Source: Octopus bimaculoides (Eukaryota). Taken from it: a stretch of DNA of 64,000 bases. The position numbers and the translations under genes were made by a program. The notes under the pieces were generated by a model. It was not told the origin of the DNA and did no database searches. It saw only the letters and a list, made by a program, of their open reading frames with translations. Shown piece by piece: positions 1 to 13,344 of this stretch; positions within the stretch are counted from its first letter, which is position 1; every line of letters starts with the position of its first letter. The stretch is taken from the NCBI RefSeq assembly GCF_001194135.2, contig NC_068995.1:14290246-14354245 (forward strand). The letters are read 5' to 3'.

Positions 1-3000
1 AAGCCATGCTAATGTATATAGTACAAGATAAATGGAATGACCTTACATGGAGAACCTCTTCTAAGAAATCAGCTTATGTAGTCCTCTCTATTATTTTTTC
101 TCTTATTTTAATGCATTTAATAAACCCATTCAATTCTTTAATAGACTAAATATATGTAGTTCATGAGATTATTGTTCTCATATATTATTCAAACTATTGT
201 GGTGTTTATATTATTCATCCACCCTTGCCATATTCTATAAAATAAATGCTTACATATTAAATTTGAAGTTGTTTAGTTAATATGGCATAGATTATAATTC
301 ACCTTTATTATGTTTGTATTTTACTATCTCCCCCCCCCCCCCCGCCATTTATCCTTGAACTGTAAATATTTTGACTGCGAAGTAGTGCTACTGCTTTACA
401 CAGATCTTATTGACTAAGTTTACATAATTTCACATTAAATTAATTAGATGGTTGATCAGCAAAGCTTCTGTGTAGGATCAGTCTTGAACATTTTTTAAAT
501 AAATGATTCAGAGATGCCATCTACAAGGAAAAAAAAAAGATTATAAAAGAAAACAATAGCTAACACATTTAATGCAGGGAGTATTAAGTTAATTAGAAAT
601 AATAATTATGTGGTCAGCAAAAGACAAGAACAAATCAATGACTAATATTTTTTTTTTTAGTTTTTTTTTGTTTTCTGTTCAAGTACAGGGAAACAATTTG
701 AGATATGTTTGGGTATTATTCTGACCCAATCAGCTTGACATAGCCGTCAAACTATTCAATGAATTGTACATACAGGCATGTCTATGTAGTTAGTGTCACT
801 ATGAGACTATATTGTTTCAATTCCATTGTATAGCATCTTGGGCAAACAGTTTCTACTGGCCTCGAATTCATCTGTTCCTTGTGACTGAAATTTGGTAGAT
901 GGAAATGCTACAGAAATGCATTGTATTTGTGTTTTTGTATTTCTTCATATTGACACTGTTTGGGCAGCGGTGGCATTTGTCCCAAAATTAGATGATATTT
1001 TCTACACTTGCCCCATAAACAATAAAACTGAGGTTAGGGTGGAATCAGAAAGGGCATCTAGCTATAGAATACTCACAAAATTTCATCCAGATCATACCAG
1101 AATGGAAAAAAGTGAAAACCAGAAGTAAATTGATGACAATGAATATCTGCTGATGGATTACATATTTGAACCCACCATTAACATCTAGTGTATCTGGGCA
1201 TAGGGTTGTTGCTAGGGAGAGTGAGAGAAACAATGCAGAACAATTCTGCATTAGTGGTTGGTGTTAAGAAGGGCTCTAGAAACCAAAATAGACTATAGAA
1301 CCTGGTGTGGCTCCTGGCCTTACCAGCTTCTATGAAACTGTCCGACCCATACCAGCATGGAAAATGAATGTCATATGCTGATGATGTTTCCTTAGCAACA
1401 GCACTCTCTCTCTCTTTCTGAGATGAGATTGGTTGTTAGACTTGCCACTTCTCATGGCATTTCAATTTATCAAACTATTCTCTGACCAAGCACCGTTGTT
1501 GTTGTTGCTGCTGCTTTGTACAGGATCAGGTTTTATCTTTCAATGGTTGCTAGTTGTTGTATATAACTGGGCTGTGTATCCTGGAGACTAAATGAGATAC
1601 CATCTGCATAAGCTATAATTATGTTAGTGTTAACATATGTAATTCAAGACTATTAAAATGCAAACTAGAAATAGAGGAAAAGAAGAAAAACAATAACAAA
1701 ATTAACCATTGACTGATTTTAAATTTGACAAGCATGGGAGGTAATTCCAAACACATTTCAGCATATTGTACCTCTTCAGTGAGGCTTAAATGTCACTTCA
1801 TTTTTGTATCTGGTTAGCAAGATGCCTGATGTAATTATGTCTGTTGAAACAAATTTTGTGTCTAGGGAGTCTTAGTGCCTTGATATAACACACTCACCAG
1901 TTCAATTTCCATTTATCTATTTTATTTTATTCCAGAAAGCATTTTTGTCACTGTTTTTGTTAAAAAGGTATTGATGGGAGAATTTTTAATTGCACAATGA
2001 TTGGTATGGAAAGACTGAAATGAAATATTAGTTGATTTGTACAGTGCTACATTAATTAATGCTTGCTTGTAGCATTGTATACTTAGTTGCACTGCGTGTG
2101 TGACTGAATTATTTGACTTGTATACTTCTCAACATAATCCCAGTAAGCTGAGGACTTGCATGTACTGTGAGTGTGCATGACAATTGATACAAATACACCG
2201 TATTGATTTCATTAGCAATGAAAGCAATATAATTTTAGTCAGACTAAATACAAGAGTGACTGTTAATTAAAACAGAGGTAAAACTTTCTTTGTTTATTTT
2301 TCTATTGTTACAGTTTCAGTGATTTCCAAGAAAAAATTTTGTTGAAAGTGTCAAAATTTTTAGTGTCGGAGCAAATACTCAAATACTTTGCCATTTTTGT
2401 TCCAGCATTTTATATTATAGTTCAGATCCTGATTAAATCAATATCCCTTCTCATCCTTATGGGGGTCAATAAACTGATAAAATAATTCAGTATATACAAT
2501 TGAGGCAATATTTAAAATAGCCACTTACGTATCATACTTAATGTATACATACTTATGATAGGCTATTACTGCAGTAGCTGTCTTCAGATAAATACTACAG
2601 TAACTGGCCCATCAACAATTTACATACATTATGATACATCATATGGTTATTTTGATCAAATAAAATAACCAGTTCAGGACAGTGAACTTGTTAGAGCACA
2701 GAACAAAATGCTTTGTATTTTCTCTATTTCTATGCATTCTGGTGTCAAGACAGGTGTGGTGAACTTGTCTAAATCATACCAACAAGATGGTATCTTGCGT
2801 TAAGAGTGGGGGTGGCAGGGAGAGAAAAAAAACTGAAGGAAGACAGTGGAGGAAATTAGTTTTGCATTTTCCCATGAAAATTCTATGAGGAGCACATAGC
2901 AGTTCATTTGTCAATGAAGTCATCAGGTCAGACTTTCAACCTGATAACATAAGGAAGTAGGAAGTGTAACTAATAAATTTTTTTTTTTTTTTTTTTTTTG

Positions 3001-4718
3001 AAAGAAAAATCACAAAGAAAAATAGTTGCTCTTCAAATGATACATATTTCTAATCTCATCGAGGTGGAGGAGGACTGTAATCACGATTTTCTCGTATCAA
3101 TTTATATTAAAAATCATGGCAGTTAATTTATTTCTAATATGTAATATTTTTTTGTAGCAAGTAGGTTGTGACCATGTTGGTGCATTGTGATATAGAGCTT
3201 TATTTTAATTATTTTTTTCTTTTCTGGTGATGTAGGAAGCGCTATATGGATTTTGCAAAAATATTCCCTCTGATTCTATTTATACATTCCATACATCAGT
3301 GTTTTTCAGTCCTCTATCTTGTCAGTTATATGGCAGTAACACTAAGGTTTTAAAAAATAAATTCTTATAACTTCTGATACTTGTTGTCAGCTGTGGTGTT
3401 TAACCCCAGATCAATCTTCATTCAACAGATCTTAATCAAAGACATTCCAATCACAGTAGTTCTACTTTTGTATATGTTGGACATTATTCACTACGTCCCA
3501 CTTTGAGTCCAATTCTTGTCAAGGTCAGCTTTACCTCTCGTCCTTCCAGAATTGACCAGTCTTACGCTGCAATCAATGGTATTAACCTCTCCACCCACCT
3601 CAAAATTGCTGCTCTTGTGCTTAAATCAAAACTCATTATATATTAGAATTCTGCCACTTTGCATAAGTAGTAACAGTTTAACCTCTTTTATTCTGGTAGA
3701 TTATCCATAGAGCATAGCCATTTGTTCGATTATTGAAGAATTCCAAACAAGAATACTTAGTGTTTTGAAATTCTACACTGAAGAGAAGTAAGTCTTACTC
3801 TGAAAGTTGTACATTTAGTACAGAAAATTCCTAAAGCTGATAGGCTTACAGTTTTAGTAATATTGTTGTAATCTGTCATCTCAATTTCTTCAAAATATGC
3901 TACTTGTTTAGGGAATTTTAACAATGACAAGAGAAGGAAGCAGTTACTACATGTATTCACATTACATGGTTTTTCTAGGGTTTTTTTTTTTTTTTTAAAT
4001 TTTTTTTTTTACAAATTTGAAAATAAATCCTAGATATATGTTGGGATTTTTTTGTTTGTTTTTACTAAGAAAAGTAAACAAAATATTTAGTTAGGTATAG
4101 GGCTATGTAATAATTGTTTCTATTATAGGCACAAAGCCACCAGTTTTAAGGAGGGTCATTTGATTTATCAATCCTGAAAGGATAAAATTTGTGGCGGCAG
4201 GAATTTGAACTTGGAATATAAAGAGCTGGAAGCATTTTCTTTGCACTAACGGGTCCACCAGCTCACTGCCATAGTAGTGATGACTTCAGGAGAGATGCAT
4301 GACCTGAAATGTAGGCAAGGGAGTTAGTTGATACCATCAACCCAGTTCATGACTGGTACTTTTATATCATTGACCCTGAAAGGATAAAAAGCAAAATTGT
4401 ATTCAGTGATTTGAAATCAGGGATTTAAAGACTCAAGACAATTACTGCTAAGCATTGTCTGACACTCTAAAACCTCCACCAAAATTATAATTCTGATGAA
4501 TGTATGGTGTAAGTGAGGGGGGTTATAGGATCAAAAACATTGTCATGGGAATATATTTTGTATGGTAATGAATTCTATCATTGACATAAGGCTACAAATG
4601 TCGAAAGATGGGTTTGGTTAATCAAATCTCTCCCACCATACACCCACACCATGCCAGCACGCCCACTCAGTTTTTGACTGCTGTCTAAAATGGATTACGA
4701 GATATTTAGGGTGTAAAG

Positions 4719-5213
4719 CTGTGGTTCTCAACCATTTTTTAAATCTAGGGACCCATTTCATTACTATTTTATTCCAGTGGACCCCCGTAGCCAAACTTCT
4801 TCCAAAATTTCTATTTTATTTTTTACACACTAACTTGTGGAGGTTGAATTATGTAAAATGTTAAAGAAACCTAGCTGTTTCTTGCAATATATATATATAT
4901 ATATATGGGAGAATATACAAATAATAACAACAGACGAGGACAGGTGGTGTAAATAACAAAAGGATATATTAGTATGACGCTCGGGAATACGGAAAGTCTT
5001 TGACGTTTCGAGCTACGCTCTTCAACAGAAAGAATACGGAGACAAGGAGAAAAACACGGAGAAAAAAATACATCTTAGGCAAAAATTTTTTTCAGGGACC
5101 CTTAGAATATTATTGTGGACCCCCAATTTACTATTTTGTTGTGTGGACCCACCAAAACTCTTACATGGGCCCTTCGGGGGTGGGGGCATATGGACCCCAG
5201 CTGAGAACCACTG
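4719..5213. mobile_element. hAT-type MITE carrying a nested insertion
   Basis: Ends CTGTGGTTCTCAAC / GCTGAGAACCACTG are inverted repeats; 8-bp TSD gtgtaaag / atgtaaag. Confidence 0.75.
4998..5032 (-). ncRNA. Minimal type I hammerhead-like motif (Penelope-type), CUGUUGA core variant
   Basis: Minus strand CTTT CTGTTGA A GAGC GTA GCTC GAAA CGTC AAAG: helix I, helix II and the ACGU palindromic helix III are all present. Confidence 0.6.
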
Positions 5214-6415
5214 ATGTAAAGTAATCTGCAGCAACTGTTGTCGTAGCCTGGTGTCCCTGATACAAGTCACGGTAGTTTGTAAAAACATGAAGAATAACAA
5301 AATGACTCAAATCTACTTTTCATTTTGGTCTTTTCATAAGTTCTTCCTTTCGGTTATCAGAATTGCAGACATCCAAATTAGGATTCTGGTTGATTATTTT
5401 GTCTTGGACTACAATTCTTTTTTTTTTTTTTTTTTTTTTTTCCTTAAGTAAATTGTCATGGGAACTCATTTGTGTTTTAGTTGAAGACTGAATATTTGGA
5501 TTCTTCTACACTATAATTAAGCTGCCATAGTCAATATTTGTTAATTCCCTGTTGGTTTTTATTTTTTCTATCCTTGTAATCACATGTTTACTCTCTATGA
5601 TATTTGAGCAAAATAATTTAAAATCCATTGATAAAATCTTTAATGTTTTAGTATTTGTGACTTCCAAAGAATATAATCTTTTATATGTATTGAGAACAAA
5701 TACAAAAGATCTTTTTTTATTTTTTGGGGGGGAGGGGGGACTTTTTTTGCTGATTATTAAATAACAAAAAAACTGTAAACAAAGTCTGAAAAATATATCC
5801 AAAAGCTAGGCTAAACTTCTAATTTCTACAATTATTACATTATCATTTAGTGTCCACATTCCATTACTGGCATTGATTGGATGGTTTGACAGGATCTGAT
5901 AGGTTGGAGGACTTTGTCAAGTTCCTGTATCTATTTTGGCATGGTTTCTACTGGTGGATTCCCCTCTGAATGTCAACCACTTTACAGAATGTGCTGGGTG
6001 TTTTTCCATGTTGCTCAGGATTAATGTGATTGACACATAATCTGCAAGATAAAACCCTTTGAGTGGAGGGTGCAGAATTGAGAAAAGTGGCTTATACCAC
6101 TATTTTTAATAATTAACAAAATCTTTTTAAATAACTGTATAAAATTTGTCTTTCATGGCTCGATTCAATGATTGACCCAGAACTACATAATAAGACTTGG
6201 AGGAATTTGATTTTTGATTGATGTGGCTGACATTTTGGCTAAGTTATTCTAAATCTTTGTTTATAATACCATGACTATTTTGGAAACTTGTCATTGTTTA
6301 TATTTTCAATTATGATTTTAATAAAAGCATTGTGAAAATTTTTGAATTTTTTTAAGATTCAGTATTTGACTGTTAACATGTATATTAAATTTGAATTGTT
6401 TATTTAATTTTTCAG

Positions 6416-6667
6416 ACAGTGGTGATATTGTTGATCAGAAGCTTAAGCTGATTTTGGGTCTAATATGGACTCTTATTCTTCACTATTCCATCTCGATGCC
6501 TATGTGGGAAGGGGAAGAACCAGCACCAGGTGCTGGAGGTCCCACTCCTAAACAAAGGCTTCTTAACTGGATCCAAGGCAAATGTGGAGATTTGCCAATT
6601 AATAACTTCACTACCGATTGGAACGATGGCCGAGCAATTGGTGCTTTGGTTGATGCTTGCGGACCAG
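6416..6667 (+). CDS. FLNA: Filamin exon: CH1 end/CH2 start ([29 protein letters not shown]...DACGP)
   Basis: ttcag acceptor, gtaaag donor, 252 nt, phase 1-1. Confidence 0.95.
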
Positions 6668-7461
6668 GTAAAGTACAATACAATTTTTTTAAAAAAAGAT
6701 ATTTTAGGTAGCTATTACATTTGTTTTTTTTTTTTTTGTTTTTTTTCCTAACTTACCAAAGCTAAACATGGGGCAATACCACAACCAATGCAGTTTGTCC
6801 AAGGAGTGCTTACTCTGTTAGGAGGTACAAGCACTCACACATGTACACACATAACGTCTGCCTACTGTTTCTAAAGGAACCTTCCAGTTTCATCCATAAA
6901 TGGAAATTTGAATTTCTGCAGAAAATTGTAATGTTAAGAATAACTCAACAGAATTCAAACTTTAGTAGAATCATATCGAGGAATTGTAACAGTTGTAGTG
7001 GTGATGGCTGTATAGAAGTCAGTGTGTAATATTTACGACTTGGTCTTGATTCCAACGTTTATTTTCACTAAAGTAGGCATAAAAATTTCCGAAAGGGAAC
7101 TTCTGGCTAACTGACGTACAAGTCAGTAAGTGAGCCTCTATGCACTCATTCAGTTTTCTCGAAGAAATAACAGCCAGATCTCCCTCAACACAATCGTCTT
7201 CATAATAAATGAGCAAAATTGTGACGATCACAGCTGGGTCATCTTTGACCATGGGTTTACCGAAATGAGGTTAACCTTTGGCAAAAAACTTATTTATCAA
7301 TGTATATATCTTGAACTTCACCCAGATTTAACTTTCTTTCCTCTGTGAAGTCGGAAAGAAGTCAAAACTAGACATAAAGTTCTTTAAACTACAATTGTTT
7401 CTTGTTTGTTAGGTATTATTTCATACTTAATTGACTTTCTCATATTTTTTCTTTTAATTAG

Positions 7462-7559
7462 GTCTGTGTCCCGACTGGGCTGATTGGGCGCCTAAAAACA
7501 AACTGAAGAATGCGAAGGAAGCTATGGAAGCTGCAGAGAAATGGTTAGATGTGCCACAA
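7462..7559 (+). CDS. FLNA: Filamin exon: CH2 (GLCPDWADWAPKNKLKNAKEAMEAAEKWLDVPQ)
   Basis: ttag acceptor, gtaagt donor, 98 nt, phase 1-0; not in the ORF track. Confidence 0.95.
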
Positions 7560-8413
7560 GTAAGTTCATGCTCCCCGCCTCTCTCTCATTATTTATATAT
7601 CGGTTTGGCAAAATATGTATCTGTTAGCATATTCAAGACAATATTCAAAGGTGATGCTTCTTGAAATGGTCAAAACCAGGTCATGTTCTATACTGGGTCT
7701 AAATTGGCTTAAATTCCACCAAACATTTCCAAGTGATAGCCTCGCATTGGCAGCAGTGTTATTGTGTAGGCCGTTGACTTGCTTATGTACAAGTATATCT
7801 TGGTGAAACCTTACTGGAGTAATCACATGGGTTACAAATACATAAAAATGAAGAGTGCACAAACCAAGAGGAGAGCTTCTGCCTGGTTGCATGACTTGCT
7901 AGAAATAACAACCAGGTCTCGAGTCGCACTTTTTTCTTTTTCGAAAATGAAGGCTACATTGAATAGGCAAAAAAAAGATGTGTTGGTCATGGTTGGAATG
8001 CCTTTGATCAAATGCCTGTGTTGTTCAGGACTGGACTGGATATTGATTAGCTGAGGATTGTTTTAAACGTGAACAGCGTTTGTGGCTCATCTCTTGCAGA
8101 CAGAAAAAAAAAAAAACCTCATTCTTAAATTACAGGTAATATCTGCTGTGAACTTTGCTACCTGCTAAGTGATCCATGTATTAAAAATAAAATTTTTAAA
8201 AAAAACTGAGAAATGTGAAAACGGTTTTGATATATATATTACATAATAAAATAGGACATTGTGGAGTTATCATCTTACCTATCAGTTATTTTAAACAACA
8301 GTATGTACGGTCAGATTTGAATTGGGAAATTTGAGGTTTACATTGTGTAAAATTTTAAAATTACTACAGTGTTGAAGACATAATAATTCAGAAACAGACC
8401 AAAAACTGGTAAC

Positions 8414-8531
8414 TTAAACATTTACTATTTGGTGTCAAAATTTTCATTGCACTAACTGCAGCTGTAGAACTGCATCAATGATCTGGTCTCAGTTGGTGCA
8501 GCAAAAATTTTGATACCAAATAAATGTTTAA
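8414..8531. repeat. Imperfect ~45-bp inverted repeat (MITE-like fold-back)
   Basis: ttaaacatttactatttggtgtcaaaattttcattgcactaactg versus the reverse complement of cagttggtgcagcaaaaattttgataccaaataaatgtttaa. Confidence 0.7.
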
Positions 8532-8752
8532 GGGAAATTAAGCTTTTTTTTTGTTTTGTTTTTTTTTAACTGTTTTCCATGGTGTAATTGTTACAGTTTC
8601 AACACAGTCTCAGATCGAACAACTTGCTGAACAATGCTTCTCTGAAATTCTAGATTATTGTAAATTTTCTGGTGTAAAAAGGATTTGTAATACTATGACA
8701 TCTTCAGTAAAAATATTTACTCATGCTTTGTTTATTCTCTGTTCATCTACAG

Positions 8753-9019
8753 CTAATTAAACCAGCAGAAATGAACAACCCGAAGATTGATGAAATGAGT
8801 ATGATGACGTATCTATCCCAGTTCCCCAACTGCAAACTGAATCCCCAAGCTCCCCTTAGGCCTCGTCTTAACCCCAATCGGGTGCGTGCCTATGGTCCTG
8901 GTATCGAACCTACTGGTAACACGAAAGGAGCCAAGACGTCGTTTACTGTGGAGACTTTTAGTGCTGGACAAGGAACTCTTGAACCACTTGTCCTCAATCC
9001 CAAGGGTCAGAAGGAGCCA
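8753..9019 (+). CDS. FLNA: Filamin exon: CH2 end and R1 start (LIKPAEM...RVRAYGPGIEP...KEP)
   Basis: ctacag acceptor, gtgagt donor, 267 nt. Confidence 0.95.
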
Positions 9020-9093
9020 GTGAGTAGAACTTTTCATTATTACTATTGCACTATTATTACTATTATCATTACACTTATTACAATTATCAAAGT

Positions 9094-9290
9094 GGCAAGC
9101 TGACAGAATCCTCGGCACTCTGAACCAAATGCTTGGTGGCATTTCATCCATCTTTACATTCAGAGTTAAAATTCTGCAGTCAACTTTTCAGGATCAATAA
9201 AATAAGTACCAGCCAAGTACTGGGGTCAACGTAATCAATTTGCCCCTTTTCCCAAAAACTGCTGGCCTTGTGCTAAAATTTGAAACCATT
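9094..9290 (+). mobile_element. SINE copy (abundant family; other copies near 15000, 24220, 37135, 39005 on + and 4140, 4320, 16200 on -)
   Basis: Shared ggcaagctggcagaatc...gagttcaaattc...tttcatcc...aaaataagtaccag...ggtcgatgtaatcaa motif across copies. Confidence 0.75.
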
Positions 9291-9880
9291 ATTATTTGAT
9301 TTTTTTATACATACAAAATCAAACTCTAGTTTCTAACTTTTCTATGCTTGCATGGTGTGGGTGATATCCATTGAGGCAAATTTTCTATGGCTGCATATTC
9401 TTCCTGTCACTACTCCCTACCAGTTTCCATGTAAAGTATTTTCCCCATGGCTGGACATGTAAGATTGGAAACGAGCACCACTCATATGACAGTAACTTTC
9501 ATTTACAACTATTGTGATAATGAAGTAAGAATACATGCACACGAGCTTCTTTCAGTTTCCGTTTCTCAAATCCAGTCATAAATCCATTCACTTAGTTAAC
9601 TTGAAACTACGTGACACTTGGTCAAGGTGCCACACTGAGTGATTGAACCTGATGCTACAGGATTGGGATGCAAAGCGGTTAACCACACAGCCTTGTCTGT
9701 ATGCTTATAAGTATATATTTTTCAAATAAAAAGGACTTTATTGAAAATCGGTAGAAATAGTTAAAAATGTTATTTAATTTCAAGAGATTAAAATTTTATA
9801 AGTTTTTATTTTTTTACCATGCAAATTATTTTAAAATTTGGTTCTGATTAATGAATTGTTTTGTTTGCTCCTCTTTTCAG

Positions 9881-10118
9881 TGTGAGGTTGTTTTCAACCA
9901 AGACAAACACCTCACGTACACTTGTACATACACTCCTAAAGTTGAAGGGAATTACAAGGTAATCATCAAATACTCTGGCAAGGAAATTCCTAAGAGTCCG
10001 TTTCCGGTTGCAGTTTCTGCTCCTGCTGGAGATCCCTCAAAGGTCAAAGCAGCTGGTCCTGGTCTGGAACCAGGAAATGTTGTGAGCGTAATGACTCACT
10101 TTACTATTTCTCTGAAAG
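9881..10118 (+). CDS. FLNA: Filamin exon: R1/R2
   Basis: ttttcag acceptor, gtaagg donor, 238 nt; CEVVFNQDK...KSPFPV...GPGLEPG. Confidence 0.95.
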
Positions 10119-10347
10119 GTAAGGTGTTTTTTTTCTTCCTCGCCACCTTCAAATTGTTTTTCTATCTTTGTGAAACATTGTACTTCAAACATTTTCATTG
10201 AAATTTTCTCTTTAAGTTTTGTTTGGAAATATTCCTTCAAAAATTTTATTGGAAATTTTCTTAAATATTTTAGAAATAAAAGAAAATTTAGATATATCCA
10301 ATCACAAAATATTGTACTTATATCTCAATAACTTTTATCTTTGATAG

Positions 10348-10548
10348 ATGCTGGAGAAGGTCCAGTGGATGTAGTCATCACAGATCCCTCTGGTAATCAA
10401 AATGCTATCAAGCCCAAGATCACTCGTCAGCCTGATGGTACTTACCGTGTAGAATATACACCTAAAGTGCCTGGAGTCCATACAGTTAGCATTGTCTTTT
10501 GTGGACAACCTATTCCACGATCCCCTATTTCGGTTACTATTTCTACTG
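10348..10548 (+). CDS. FLNA: Filamin exon: R2
   Basis: gatag acceptor, gtgagt donor, 201 nt; DAGEGPVDV...RSPISVTIST. Confidence 0.95.
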
Positions 10549-10691
10549 GTGAGTTTTTTTTTGTTTTTATTTCTTTTTGTAACAATGCCAACAGCAACAA
10601 AAATAATTTTGCCTTTGAAGATACATTGCAGAAATGATAAAAAGAAAAGTATATTTTAACCTTTTTTTTTTTGTTTTTTTTAATTTAATAG

Positions 10692-10829
10692 CATCAAATG
10701 CAAAGAAATGTTATGCAACTGGTCGTGGAATCCAACCTAAAGGTATTAGAGTGAAAGACAATGCTGATTTCAAGGTATATACTAAAGGAGCTGGTGATGG
10801 AGAAATGAAAGTTACTATCACTGGACCAG
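10692..10829 (+). CDS. FLNA: Filamin exon: R3 start
   Basis: aatag acceptor, gtaatt donor, 138 nt; [27 protein letters not shown]. Confidence 0.95.
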
Positions 10830-10846
10830 GTAATTTTTTCTTTTTT

Positions 10847-10889
<43 letters not shown>

Positions 10890-11749
10890 TAAGTTTACAT
10901 GAAGCCAGAATGGCTAGGACAGATTCTCAAGAGGAGAGAGGGATTGACCAAGACTTGTCTGGTCTTCATTATCAGCTGAGGATACTGGACCGATGTGAAA
11001 TGAAGTTCCTTGCATCCACATACTAACCACTAGGCCTCACACCCTAATTATCAAACTTCTGTAATCTTTTAGATGTACTAATGAATTGGAAGATTAAAAA
11101 ACATTTGATCCTTTAATCTGCTAGAAATAACAACCAAATCTTTTATAACCTACTGTCTTGAAAGGACTACATTATATGTAGTCCAAGATATGCTATGCCT
11201 GAGAAAAGGTTTAGATGATCATGTCTTCGTGACTGGAATTCTTGACTGCTCCAGTAGGGTTGACCTGTGGCTAGTCTCTGACAAATTATTAGGAAAATTG
11301 TGAATCAGCAATAACTCGTCTTGGTGTCCTGATGATGGTCATCAAGAATAACCCCTGGAAATTACTCTCAAGCCCCAAGATCTGTAGGGCTAATTATTTG
11401 GTTTTCATAACGTGAGTGACTAAAGTCCTAGGATTCGTAGGGCCAATTATTGTTACCATATTATATGACTGGCTGACTGAGATCTTCATGTTTTGCCTGA
11501 AGGGGATGCCAGTCCATTGCAAAGTTACTCATTTCCAGAATAAACTGGAACAATGTGAAATGAAGTGTTTTGTCCAAGAACACAAAGCACTGTGCCAATT
11601 TTGTTTTTGGTAATGTTTAAGATTTCTGTTGCAACTTTTTAGAATCTGTTTTATCTTAAACACTTGCAGCTATTACATGCCAATTCTTTTTAACATTATT
11701 TTAATTTTAAAACATCAGCTAAATATTAGATTTATTTTTCTTTTACCAG

Positions 11750-12007
11750 GCAATTCAAATGAACCGGTTAGTATTAAGAAACTTGATCCAACGACTTACG
11801 AGTGTGTTTACACCCCAAAACAGCCTGGTACTTACACTATCAATGTCACTTTTGGTGGCCAACACATCCCCAAGAGTCCATTCAAGGTTGAAGTTGGTCC
11901 ATTCAAGTTGTCTAAGATTATAGCATATGGTCCTGGCTTGCATGGCGGAATGGTCGGCAAACCAGCAACATTTGTTGTGGAAACCCATGGTGAAACAGGA
12001 GCATTAG
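11750..12007 (+). CDS. FLNA: Filamin exon: R3/R4
   Basis: accag acceptor, gtacgt donor, 258 nt. Confidence 0.95.
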
Positions 12008-13150
12008 GTACGTGAAATTTTTTATTCTGGCATGATTCTCATTTTTTTTTTTTGCCTTTTTATTATTTTCCTTTGCTATGTAGGATTGGTTGGTAATATT
12101 GCAAAAAATTTCTGTAATATATTGGGTCATGACTTGTATGATACCATATTTTTTTTTAAGAGCCCTAAAAATCTGGAACTTTGACCACACTTTGTGTCTC
12201 CAACATTGTCTCAATCTGATTCCTTTACAATCCTTTCTCACCTGTCACTTTTCTAATTTGCATCCCATGTCCATACGTGCACAGTTGTCTCTCTTGAATA
12301 CTCTTTGATTTGTGGCTTTTATTAATGCTCATAAGAATATCATATCTCTCGACTATATTTTGCTCAAGAAAAAATACATTTTGATAGATGAGGGAAAGAA
12401 ATCCAAGTATGTTCAGTTTTTTTTTTTTTTACCAAATACTACAGCTTACCAAAGATCTATAAATTTTTTATAATACCCTAAAATACTGATATCATTAACT
12501 TTTTAATTGGTTGATCTGCAGTAAGGGGTTGTACAGGCCTGCAAAAGTTGGGTTGCAGGTGGTTAGGTGGAATTCCAGAAGGGTCAGACCTTGAGGAAGG
12601 TTTGTTGATAGTATTGTATCTCAGAGACAAGTGGGCCCCACAATATAGACAAATGAGTCACTTGCATCACACAGCATCCTAACTATTAGGATTGTGAAAT
12701 TATTGACCATTGTGCCTATTAGCTGAATTGAGGCCACAATGTCTCAAGTACGGCTAGACCTCTTCAGATGGTATATTGTAATAAATATAACCTTTAGAGC
12801 TGCTATATTTTGGTCATTCTCTTAGATTTCCTCTTTTGCTATATTACAACGTTTTTGGAACTGTTAATCCAACCATAATTGATTTCTTGATGGTTTCACT
12901 TTAACTTCTTGCATTTTGACATATTTCATTTTCTTATTTGTTAGAATTGAAAGATTTGAAGAAAAAATTATAATTTTGTCATTTTGAAGTAGGTAATCGA
13001 GCTCGGTGTTAACTCCTAACACTATATGTATATATAATTAGCTCATTAACATTGCAATTAACTAAGACAGATTTTAAGACAAAGCTTCATATAATGTACT
13101 CTGTTCAATGAAACCCAAGCACTGAAACCTTTTATATTTGTTTTGGACAG

Positions 13151-13344
13151 GTTTTTCAATTGAAGGTCCTTCCCAGGCCAAAATTGACTGCAAAGATAAT
13201 GGTGATGGAACAGCTGATATCACTTATTGGCCAACAGCCCCAGGAGAATATGCAGTCCACATTCATTGTAATGAAGAAGATATTCCTAAATCTCCATATA
13301 TGGCCCAGATTCAACCAGCTACTAAAGACTTTGATCCTCTCAAG
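13151..13344 (+). CDS. FLNA: Filamin exon: R4
   Basis: gacag acceptor, gtgaga donor, 194 nt; [20 protein letters not shown]. Confidence 0.95.

Noticed and set aside
892-6000. Short ORFs upstream of the first visible exon
   Set aside because: Low-complexity or repeat-derived; none resembles filamin CH1, so the preceding exon is outside the window.
8100-8135. In-frame 36-nt pseudo-exon (TEKKKNLILKLQ) with AG/GT ends
   Set aside because: Built on an A13 homopolymer next to repeat-derived sequence, and would interrupt the conserved CH2.
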